Origin: a virus
Lineage: Duplodnaviria > Caudoviricetes
IMG/VR virus record: IMGVR_UViG_3300032248_000908
Span: 1-39,763 of that record
Reading direction: 5' to 3' (one strand)
DNA: 39,763 bases
A program made the translations under genes and the position numbers. The notes under the pieces are model-generated. The model ran no database searches. It had not been told where the DNA came from and worked only from the letters and a program-made list of their open reading frames with translations. This document shows, one piece after another, positions 25,128-32,396 of this stretch. Positions within the stretch are counted from its first letter, which is position 1, and every line of letters starts with the position of its first letter.

Positions 25128-25304
25128 ATGACTGATAAGAATTACAAAATGAACAAAGCGACTAAGATTATGCTAGCATCAATTCATGATGATGAGTATA
25201 GAGGCACGTTTAAAAATCTATTTAAAGACGCCGAAAGTCATTCCGCTCATGCCAGAAAGAAAATGGCAGTGAAGGGTATGCCGAAGGCGGAAACAGAAGA
25301 CTAA
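25128..25304 (+). CDS. 58-aa basic hypothetical protein (not in ORF track)
   Basis: GAGGA RBS; MTDKNYKMNKATKIMLAS... Confidence 0.7.
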   Translation: MTDKNYKMNKATKIMLASIHDDEYRGTFKNLFKDAESHSAHARKKMAVKGMPKAETED

Positions 25305-25468
25305 GGTCCGCTACCGCCTCCTCCACCGCCGGAGCTACCGCTCTTGCCTGGAGGATGGCTTTCTAACTTACCATTAGCCATACGAATCTTTACGTTCTTG
25401 ACGGTAATTAGCTTACCAAAACCGTCGCGTACACGAAGCTCTGATATTAGTTCTTTAAATGATTTCAT
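25301..25468 (-). CDS. 55-aa peptide with capsid-targeting-like N-terminus and Gly/Ser tail (not in ORF track)
   Basis: ATGA overlap with the HAD gene; MKSFKELISE...KIRMANGKLESHPPGKSGSSGGGGGSGP. Confidence 0.7.
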   Translation of the reverse strand: MKSFKELISELRVRDGFGKLITVKNVKIRMANGKLESHPPGKSGSSGGGGGGSGP

Positions 25469-26106
25469 TTGTATACCGTTGTTGTTATTTTGGCTTGCCC
25501 TGTATCATGGTCGTAGTCGACGTGATGAGCATGTAGTTCTACATCAGGATGATCTTCTTTTAAACTAGCGAAGGCAGCTAGATTGGCTTTAGAGTCATCG
25601 TAAAGATGTACTTTCTTGTAACCATGCTTTTTAATCAGTGCGCTCAATACTGCTCGCTTGGCTTCTGGTGGCGGCAATCCTAAGTTACCCGCTCTACGAA
25701 CGTGAATCTGATTAGCATCAATCCCATGCTTGCCGAGTTCATTCATAAAACCTTCTTTGTCGTCAAAGTCAGATCTTGCAGTAAGCACTTCAACGTTTTT
25801 ATTATTTTTATGAATGGCTTTAAGTTTACGGATGAGTGGATGAATAGGTGAAGCAGTCTGTCCGAACAACTTTGACGAACGAAACTCGCTGAAGTCGTAT
25901 TTGTGTCCAGGCTGAAGTTTATGGTTGTTAAACTCTTGGTTAGAAAGAGACTGAACCCTGTTCCCGTTTTCATCGTTCACGTGTATACGTAATTTTGATG
26001 GGTCATAGGTAAACAGGGTTTCGTCCATATCGAATGAGTGGAGTGTCTTAGACTTCGGGTCTTTACGCTCTTCCTCTTCGATAAGGTAGTCTCTAAATTT
26101 AAGCAT
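25465..26106 (-). CDS. HAD-superfamily phosphatase (RNA-repair-like HAD)
   Basis: FDMDETLF (DxD), VLTARS, K, LYDDS..NL motifs; MLKFRDYLIEE N-terminus. Confidence 0.82.
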   Translation of the reverse strand: MLKFRDYLIEEEERKDPKSKTLHSFDMDETLFTYDPSKLRIHVNDENGNRVQSLSNQEFNNHKLQPGHKYDFSEFRSSKLFGQTASPIHPLIRKLKAIHKNNKNVEVLTARSDFDDKEGFMNELGKHGIDANQIHVRRAGNLGLPPPEAKRAVLSALIKKHGYKKVHLYDDSKANLAAFASLKEDHPDVELHAHHVDYDHDTGQAKITTTVYK

Positions 26107-26284
26107 CGGTCGCCTTCTTTGTGGTCTTCTTTGCTGTTGTTTTCTTTGGGGCAGCTTTAGCTTTCTTCACAGGCACTTCAGGAACGGGTTCTGGAACTGG
26201 CTCTGGTGCTGGCGGAACTACGGGTTCTGGCTTATCGCAGAAGAGCTCTTTTATCTTAGAAACTAAATAATCTACCATGAACAT
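26099..26284 (-). CDS. Small Pro/Lys-rich protein
   Basis: AAGGAG RBS overlapping the pqqA stop; PEPV repeats and histone-H1-like K/A/T tail. Confidence 0.7.
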   Translation of the reverse strand: MFMVDYLVSKIKELFCDKPEPVVPPAPEPVPEPVPEVPVKKAKAAPKKTTAKKTTKKATDA

Positions 26285-26294
26285 AATATGCTCC

Positions 26295-26366
26295 TTAACG
26301 ATTGGCTATGTACATTGTGACTTCGAAACCAAATCTAACATCTTCAAATGCAGGTGTATTCCACAT
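26295..26366 (-). CDS. pqqA: PQQ precursor peptide PqqA (not in ORF track)
   Basis: Hand translation MWNTPAFEDVRFGFEVTMYIANR; W..P....R.GFEVTMY with the invariant ExxxY; AAGGGGG RBS. Confidence 0.95.
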   Translation of the reverse strand: MWNTPAFEDVRFGFEVTMYIANR

Positions 26367-26422
26367 AAATCCCCCTTAAATTCTTAGTTGTATGTGGTTG
26401 CTTTTTTAGGCAACTTGTAGTA

Positions 26423-26430
26423 TACTTATA
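26423..26430 (-). promoter_or_regulatory. Late promoter variant TATAAGTA upstream of pqqA
   Basis: One mismatch to consensus; the same variant precedes the gp48-like gene. Confidence 0.45.
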
Positions 26431-26530
26431 TAAACTTATTCGTTAGATATATCTAGCGGTGTTTCGCTCTGTTGCGAAAACCAATGGAAGCTTTGTCTTC
26501 CGTTGTCCAAACAAAAAGAGGAAATAACCT

Positions 26531-27169
26531 ATGGACAGCAATAAACAGGTAAAACTTACACTAGCCATAACTTGGATTTCTATGGCAATAATTCTCTTCG
26601 GAGCTGCAGAGGGTGCTAAAATAAAGCTTGATGCAATCCAGTTGACGGAATTAAAACAACAGCGTATAATAAAGAAAGCGCATGAAGCAAAGATTCCAGT
26701 AGAAGACCCTGCTGAATCTCTAGACGAAGTAGATTACAAAGAAATATCTTGTCTTGCTCAAAACATGTATTTTGAGGCTAGGAACCAATCTGATGAAGGA
26801 TTGCTAGCTGTTGGGTTCGTTACGATTAACAGAACCAAAGAAGACAAGTTTTCTAAGACAATCTGCGGTGTGATTCATGAAGCTGAATTCTATCCGAGGA
26901 AAAACAAGAAAGGTGTAGACGTTCCTATCAAAGGAAAATGCCAATTCTCTTGGTACTGTGATGGAAAGAAAGATGTCATCAATGATCAAGACACCTGGGA
27001 CCATGTATACAATCTTGCCTATCATCTATATCTATATCATGATATAATGGCAGACCTAACTGTAGGAGCAACGTACTATCATACCAAGGAGTCTAAAATA
27101 AAAGTGCACCGAGATGCGGTGAAGACAGTTTCCATTCAACGACACGTGTTTTTTAAAACAGAAGGATAA
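26531..27169 (+). CDS. SleB-like cell wall hydrolase (Hydrolase_2) with N-terminal TM/signal
   Basis: CLAQNMYFEARNQ, V..V.INR, TICGVI, CQFSWYCDGK, GATYYH, HVFFK. Confidence 0.92.
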   Translation: MDSNKQVKLTLAITWISMAIILFGAAEGAKIKLDAIQLTELKQQRIIKKAHEAKIPVEDPAESLDEVDYKEISCLAQNMYFEARNQSDEGLLAVGFVTINRTKEDKFSKTICGVIHEAEFYPRKNKKGVDVPIKGKCQFSWYCDGKKDVINDQDTWDHVYNLAYHLYLYHDIMADLTVGATYYHTKESKIKVHRDAVKTVSIQRHVFFKTEG

Positions 27170-27170
27170 T

Positions 27171-27404
27171 ATGGAAGAGTTAAATATAAAGTCGCCATTA
27201 GAGTTCGCAAAAGAAATTGAAGACCTTGTTTGGCAACATGACATTGAGTATATTGATGCTGTGGTTTTTTATTGTGAGAAAAACAATATTGAGATTGAAA
27301 CAGCAGCATCATTGATTAAGATGAATGACCACGTTAAGAGTAAAGTTCAATCAGAAGCAGAAGCATTACACTACCTACCTAAGATAGCGAGGCTCCCTCT
27401 ATGA
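27171..27404 (+). CDS. 33: Late transcription coactivator (gp33-like)
   Basis: FAKEIE...YIDAVV.YCE.N.IEIE.AA.LI...K.K...EA..L..L; synteny with 59 and 32. Confidence 0.9.
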   Translation: MEELNIKSPLEFAKEIEDLVWQHDIEYIDAVVFYCEKNNIEIETAASLIKMNDHVKSKVQSEAEALHYLPKIARLPL

Positions 27405-28000
27405 CTGGATACGACGCCTATGTTCTCTACTGTGCGATGAAGAATCATTTCTTTACAGAAAATTACGACTTCGTCAAGTACAACGGAAAAGTAAAGGTTA
27501 CTGTAGAGTCATATGAAAATCGTAAAGACAGATTCTATTTTGAAAAGTTAGCAAAGCGTAAAGATTGTAAAGAGTTTCTGATTGCCAACTTTGTGGCTAT
27601 GAACGGTCGCATGTGGGTTGGTGAGATGATTAACAATGAAGTGACTGAACGAGCCTACATGGACTGGAAGCGCAGGACTCAGGCGCTAGGATACAACTTT
27701 GAAGAAGACTTAAAAAAGTTGTTGACTAATTTAGACGAAAACCTTATAATTAACGAATCACAGCATCCTTACTTGCTGAAGATGTTCCTACGGAAGAAAA
27801 TCTCTATGGAGACGCTAGTGATACTAGAAGACCTGTTAGGATTTTTCGCTCAGTGGAATCGTAAGTTGAAGAACGATATCATCTGGAAGGAAATACATGA
27901 CATGTGTTTGAAGTATCGTTCGTTTCTATATTATGATAAACAACGAATGAAAGCTGTCGCGAGGAAAGTCTTTGACAGCGAACATTCAAATGCGGCATAA
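27401..28000 (+). CDS. 59: Helicase loader (gp59-like)
   Basis: Y.A.K.HF....YDF.KYNGK, RKDRFYFEKL, ISMETL. Confidence 0.92.
   Translation: MTGYDAYVLYCAMKNHFFTENYDFVKYNGKVKVTVESYENRKDRFYFEKLAKRKDCKEFLIANFVAMNGRMWVGEMINNEVTERAYMDWKRRTQALGYNFEEDLKKLLTNLDENLIINESQHPYLLKMFLRKKISMETLVILEDLLGFFAQWNRKLKNDIIWKEIHDMCLKYRSFLYYDKQRMKAVARKVFDSEHSNAA
27722..27750 (+). promoter_or_regulatory. Sigma70-type promoter TTGACT-N17-TATAAT inside gene 59, facing gene 32
   Basis: Near-perfect consensus with 17-nt spacer. Confidence 0.7.
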
Positions 28001-28020
28001 TAAATATAACGTTATTATGC
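27995..28020 (+). promoter_or_regulatory. Late promoter variant AATAAATA (27999-28006) within a 9-bp inverted repeat
   Basis: GCATAATAA...TTATTATGC. Confidence 0.55.
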
Positions 28021-28081
28021 TATTCGTGGACAATACAAATATACTACTATACAAACATACGAAAATATACGGAGAAATACT

Positions 28082-28984
28082 ATGGCAGATTTTGCATCAC
28101 TCAAGCGTTCGCGTCAAGAAAGCTTAACCAAACTAACCGACCAAGTTAAGAAGCTAACCTCTAACGAAACATCATCTTCTTCTGATGATCGTTTCTGGTA
28201 TCCTAACGTAGATAAAGTCGGCAATGGCTTTGCTGTTATTCGGTTCCTACCCGCCCCTGTTAATGAAGACGTTCCTTTCGTTCGTCTTTGGGAACATTCG
28301 TTCAAGGGACCGTCTGGTAAGTGGTACATTGAGAACAGTCTAACGACTATCAACAAGACCGACCCTGTTAGCGAGTATAACACTCAGCTATGGAACAGCA
28401 CCACCGATGATAACTCTCCTGCCCGTAAACAGGCTCGAGACCAGAAGCGTAAGTTGACCTACATCTCCAACGTCTATATCGTTAAAGACCCTGCTAACCC
28501 TGAGAACGAGGGTCGGGTTAAGCTTTTCCGATTCGGTAAGAAGTTGTTCGACAAACTCAACGAAGCGATGAATCCTCGTTTTGAAGACGAGAAGCCAATC
28601 AATCCTTTTGACTTCTGGGACGGCGCTAACTTCAAGATTAAGATTCGTCAGGTAGAAGGTTATCGCAACTACGACAAGTCTGAGTTTGCTGACTCTGAAC
28701 CGCTAATGAACGATGACGATGATCTAGAGGCGATTTGGAAGAAGGAATACTCTCTTCAGGAGTTCGTGAATCCCAGTAACTTCAAGGACTACGACACTCT
28801 TAAGAAGAAGCTAAACGCTGTTCTAGGACTCGGTACAACGGTCTCTGAGGACGTAGAAGAGCTTCCGGTAGTTGAAGCACCCAAGCCCAAGGCGAAGGTT
28901 GCTAAGATGGAAGAAGAGTCTTCTCCTTGGTCTAGCGAGGACGATGACGACCTTTCGTACTTCAAACGTCTAGCGGATGATTAG
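28082..28984 (+). CDS. 32: Single-stranded DNA-binding protein (gp32-like)
   Basis: DDRFW, GNGFAVIRFLP, WYIENSLTT, KRKL.Y..N, NPFDFWDGANFK.KI, acidic tail. Confidence 0.97.
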   Translation: MADFASLKRSRQESLTKLTDQVKKLTSNETSSSSDDRFWYPNVDKVGNGFAVIRFLPAPVNEDVPFVRLWEHSFKGPSGKWYIENSLTTINKTDPVSEYNTQLWNSTTDDNSPARKQARDQKRKLTYISNVYIVKDPANPENEGRVKLFRFGKKLFDKLNEAMNPRFEDEKPINPFDFWDGANFKIKIRQVEGYRNYDKSEFADSEPLMNDDDDLEAIWKKEYSLQEFVNPSNFKDYDTLKKKLNAVLGLGTTVSEDVEELPVVEAPKPKAKVAKMEEESSPWSSEDDDDLSYFKRLADD

Positions 28985-28994
28985 CCGCTAGTTT

Positions 28995-29020
28995 AGGGGA
29001 GCTTCGGCTCCCCTTTTTTT
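28995..29020 (+). terminator. Rho-independent terminator with UUCG tetraloop
   Basis: AGGGGAGC-TTCG-GCTCCCCT followed by a T run, at a convergent gene junction. Confidence 0.95.
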
Positions 29021-29237
29021 ATGGGCGAGAAGCAAACTTCTCTGCGCCAGAGAATCCCAATCCTGCTATAACGATATCTCTGATGGTTGTGTAGATAGGT
29101 TCATCTACTTTCATACCGTAAAATAAATTACAAAAAACGATAACGAAGAAGAACACCGTACATATCATTGTAACCACTCTCTTAGAAGAAGGGTTGCCGT
29201 CGACGTCGAGCAGCATCTTGTAGAAGAACTCTTTCAT
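29019..29237 (-). CDS. Small two-TM membrane protein (SSKR motif, holin-like candidate)
   Basis: GNPSSKRVVT then two hydrophobic segments; TAATG coupling. Confidence 0.7.
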   Translation of the reverse strand: MKEFFYKMLLDVDGNPSSKRVVTMICTVFFFVIVFCNLFYGMKVDEPIYTTIRDIVIAGLGFSGAEKFASRP

Positions 29238-31486
29238 TATGCAAAGCTCGGTATACCCATCTTATCGAAGATATTAAAGTATACAGCATACTCATCTTCT
29301 TGTGAATATGGGTGCGCTGGCGCTGGCGTTTCGAATTGTGTAGAAGGCGCAGCAGGTTGTTTCGCTGGAGTGTTCATCGCTATTACTGTTGGTGCTGTAG
29401 GAGCAGGCGTAGCGGGAGTTGCCGCTGGAGGAGCAGCTGGTGCCGGTGCTGTCGGTGTTGCCGGAGTGGCTGATGCTGGTGCTGTCGGATTTTTTTCTGC
29501 CAATGATGCTGCTGTCGGATTTTTTTCTGCCAATGATGCTGCTGTGTTTATTCTCAATTGTCTATGTTTACCTTTAGATCTTTCATAACTTTGATCAACT
29601 GTTGCAGCTGCGGTTAAAGCATCTTCCGTTTTCCTAATAGCATTTCCTGCTTTTTTCTCAGTGTTGTTTAACTCCCAATTAACGAACTCTAATTGTTCTT
29701 GTACGGTTGATTCTCTAATATCTTTACCATACTGTTTCTTGAAGTCAGCTTGTCTGTCTGGATGCCACTGGGCTATACCGTAAGCTTCTCCCTTATCGCC
29801 CAAAGCGTTAGCTGATAAATTACTTTCAATCATTAAATTGGCTACGATACCGGCAGCTTGTTCTTTAGACCATCCTTTATCTACAAAAAACTTAATGGCT
29901 TCATCGCTGGAAGCATTCCCAGGACGACCTTTTCCAGTAACAGTAGGTTTATCTGTAACCATTCCGCCCAGTTTTTTAGCGGTGGAAAGACTCTTTAATT
30001 GTTCTGCATTATATAGATTTTCGGGCACTTGTGTTCCGTTAATAGAAACAGGTATACCACCTTGAAATTTTGCTTCATATTTTTCACCTATATCTATCCC
30101 CATTTTTTTTGAAAATTCTTTTACTAACCTATCTTTACGTTCAATACTCGATTCATCTTCGTCTTTAACCTGCTCAACATCGGGCGATAGGGGTTCCTTT
30201 TCGTCTTTAACCTGCTCAACATCGGGCGATAGGGGTTCCTTTTTTATACCTAACAGGTTGTTTATAAATCCACCGATTCCGGCGATGTCTTCTGTTTTTT
30301 CTGCTTGTATTTTGGCATATTCTGCATCATCTCTAATAACGTCGCTACTTCTAGAAGTATGCAATTTTGCCCGTTCAACTAACGTTTCAATAAATTTCTT
30401 TTGGAATTCTTTGGTATGTCTTTCTAAAAATATCTTTTGTACTACTGGGTTGTTCCTATATTCTACAGGTAATCCTTCAACATTTGTACCAGAGATTACA
30501 GAATCTATTTTATTATTTTGAGTTTTTTCGTACGCTTTTGCTACTTCGGGAGTTAACTGTTCCCCTCGTGCGGTTTGCCATTCAGCTTGACTCATCTGAA
30601 GTTCAGATAACGTACCATTTTTAGCGAGTGTTTGACCAGCGTATTGTTTTGGACGAGTGTCTTTGCTCTTCCGGAATAACATGGCGGTCAATCCAGCAGC
30701 AAAGGTTTTCAAAAAATCCATTAATGCGTCTTTAGCGGTTCCTTTTATTCTTTCAACCGTAGCACTTTTTCTTTTTACTGGAGATATATTTCCGTCAGCG
30801 CCTTCTTCAGCTTTTGCGATCGCCATAGAATCATATATTTTTTGATTTAATTCTAACTGCTCTCTAGAGATATTCTTTACTTGCGTAATTTCTGTGAGCA
30901 ATTTAGATACTATAGAGTTAAGGATATCTAACTTCTTTATTATCACAGTAAACGGACTATCTTTTAGAGTAGATTCTACTTCGTCTCTTTTGACGGATTT
31001 ACCTTCTCTACCGAGCCACCAGCCTTGTGAAGTTATTCCTTCGGAGCGCAGTATAGACATCTCTAGTGGGTTGTATCCGGCAGCTCCGCGTGCTCTCTTG
31101 GCGGTCTCGCCTAATCCACCACCGCCACCACTACTCTCTGTTGCAGCTCCTCCTCCGCCTTCTCCTCCTCCTCCCATCATCTCACCTGCTCGATATGCTA
31201 TATCGAGCGCACCTGCTTTTTTTGCTAGTGAACCTACTTTTTTTGCCCCAGAGACAACTCTAGAAAGAGTTCCTAAACCACCTACGACTTCTGCACCTAC
31301 GCCTAAACCACCTGCGACTTCCGCTGCTGCGCCTACACCTGCGCCTACACCTAATAGCGGCAACCAAATCTCTGAAGTGGCTACGAGAGCAGTAGCAGCA
31401 GCAACGCCTACACCTATTGCTGCAAGTTTTTCTCCGGTAGACCAGCCTTCTTCTTGGGTGTTCTCTTCGTTGGTATCGTCAGCCAT
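29237..31486 (-). CDS. Tape-measure/hub-like protein with phage tail lysozyme domain
   Basis: Helical, N-terminal hydrophobic G/A stretch; GWSKEQAAGIVANLMIES...AYGIAQW...R (Phage_lysozyme2-like); position between gp51 and gp32. Confidence 0.75.
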   Translation of the reverse strand: MADDTNEENTQEEGWSTGEKLAAIGVGVAAATALVATSEIWLPLLGVGAGVGAAAEVAGGLGVGAEVVGGLGTLSRVVSGAKKVGSLAKKAGALDIAYRAGEMMGGGGEGGGGAATESSGGGGGLGETAKRARGAAGYNPLEMSILRSEGITSQGWWLGREGKSVKRDEVESTLKDSPFTVIIKKLDILNSIVSKLLTEITQVKNISREQLELNQKIYDSMAIAKAEEGADGNISPVKRKSATVERIKGTAKDALMDFLKTFAAGLTAMLFRKSKDTRPKQYAGQTLAKNGTLSELQMSQAEWQTARGEQLTPEVAKAYEKTQNNKIDSVISGTNVEGLPVEYRNNPVVQKIFLERHTKEFQKKFIETLVERAKLHTSRSSDVIRDDAEYAKIQAEKTEDIAGIGGFINNLLGIKKEPLSPDVEQVKDEKEPLSPDVEQVKDEDESSIERKDRLVKEFSKKMGIDIGEKYEAKFQGGIPVSINGTQVPENLYNAEQLKSLSTAKKLGGMVTDKPTVTGKGRPGNASSDEAIKFFVDKGWSKEQAAGIVANLMIESNLSANALGDKGEAYGIAQWHPDRQADFKKQYGKDIRESTVQEQLEFVNWELNNTEKKAGNAIRKTEDALTAAATVDQSYERSKGKHRQLRINTAASLAEKNPTAASLAEKNPTAPASATPATPTAPAPAAPPAATPATPAPTAPTVIAMNTPAKQPAAPSTQFETPAPAHPYSQEDEYAVYFNIFDKMGIPSFA
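29481..29540. repeat. Perfect 30-nt tandem duplication (in frame)
   Basis: GCTGTCGGATTTTTTTCTGCCAATGATGCT x2. Confidence 0.95.
30159..30242. repeat. Perfect 42-nt tandem duplication (in frame, KEPLSPDVEQVKDE x2)
   Basis: Read directly. Confidence 0.95.
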
Positions 31487-31658
31487 TTTGCTCTTTCTTA
31501 CTCTCTATGTAATCGTTTAACATTGACACGTATATATCTCTTTCGAATGGGATGAGGTTTTCTAAATCGTCAATTGAATAGTGATAATGTTGTGCCATAG
31601 AAAAGATTGTAGAATAATAATTGGACAAGCTGTTATGGTTTAGGCAAAGGAAAAAAAA
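31479..31658 (-). CDS. 51: gp51-like frame (baseplate hub assembly catalyst/chaperone); first ATG at 31598, frame open from 31658
   Basis: NHNSLSNYYSTIFSMAQHYHYSIDDLENLIPFERDIYVSML fits the gp51-like family; not in ORF track. Confidence 0.85.
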   Translation of the reverse strand, partial: FFFLCLNHNSLSNYYSTIFSMAQHYHYSIDDLENLIPFERDIYVSMLNDYIESKKEQNG

Positions 31659-32362
31659 TCATTTAACGTTGTCAGTTCGATTTCTCTCACTGTCCCCATC
31701 GAGTTAGTGTACTCTATTTTATGGTAAAGAGTTGGCATCGTTGCGAAAAACTTTTGAATCTCTTCAAACGGTTTAATGCTTAACGAATCGATAAACTCAT
31801 CTACTTCCTTTGGATCGCTTTCTTTGACTATGTAAACCTCATCAGCATCGTAGATCTTTTCCATACACTCTTTTATTAACGTATTGGTAACGTCTTCTTC
31901 ACCCATGGTATCGACGTTTAACTTACCCATAAGCTCTGCTGTAGGGTATTTCATTATCACGCCAATATCATCTGACACTTTAATCTTGTTAGTGTGTTCT
32001 GGGTTATACTTGATGTTTATCTCATTCAAGTCTATCTTGAACTCATAGTTCTTTTTGTCTTCATGGTCGATATATTTTAGAGTGACAATATTGTCGACCG
32101 ATTTAGCTCTAATCTTTACGAACAAGTATTCAATATCAAACGTAGTTAAAGCTGTTTCATCTATATCGCTTCCATCCTGATAGATGCAGCAATTATTGAT
32201 AACCTGTTTGAGCGCATTAATCATTTCTTTTCTACTGTTTCCCTGCTGCGCTATAAGAAGAATCTTTTCTTCTTTGACAAGGAATGGTCTGTATTTTATA
32301 GGTTTGTTGGTTGATGGTATAACTTCATCAAACAAAGGAACCGTCAGTTTCGGTAAAGGCAT
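31640..32362 (-). CDS. 26: Baseplate hub subunit/assembly protein (gp26-like)
   Basis: MPLPK, IPST...KYRPFLVKEEKILL.A, FDIEYLF..IRAKSV, MKYP, FF.TMP.L. Confidence 0.92.
   Translation of the reverse strand: MPLPKLTVPLFDEVIPSTNKPIKYRPFLVKEEKILLIAQQGNSRKEMINALKQVINNCCIYQDGSDIDETALTTFDIEYLFVKIRAKSVDNIVTLKYIDHEDKKNYEFKIDLNEINIKYNPEHTNKIKVSDDIGVIMKYPTAELMGKLNVDTMGEEDVTNTLIKECMEKIYDADEVYIVKESDPKEVDEFIDSLSIKPFEEIQKFFATMPTLYHKIEYTNSMGTVREIELTTLNDFFSFA
31651..31658 (-). other. Candidate -1 ribosomal frameshift slippery site (U8)
   Basis: GAT TTT TTT TCC at the 3' end of the gp26-like gene; the -1 frame opens right after a TGA at this site and runs into gp51. Confidence 0.65.
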
Positions 32363-32396
32363 TTATCTCTCCTTAAATTATGTTGTCAAATCGATG

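Noticed and set aside
29370-31520. Long plus-strand ORFs (29370, 29838, 30258, 30894 and others) opposite the tape-measure-like gene
   Set aside because: Antisense shadows of a low-complexity coding strand, with no RBS or motifs
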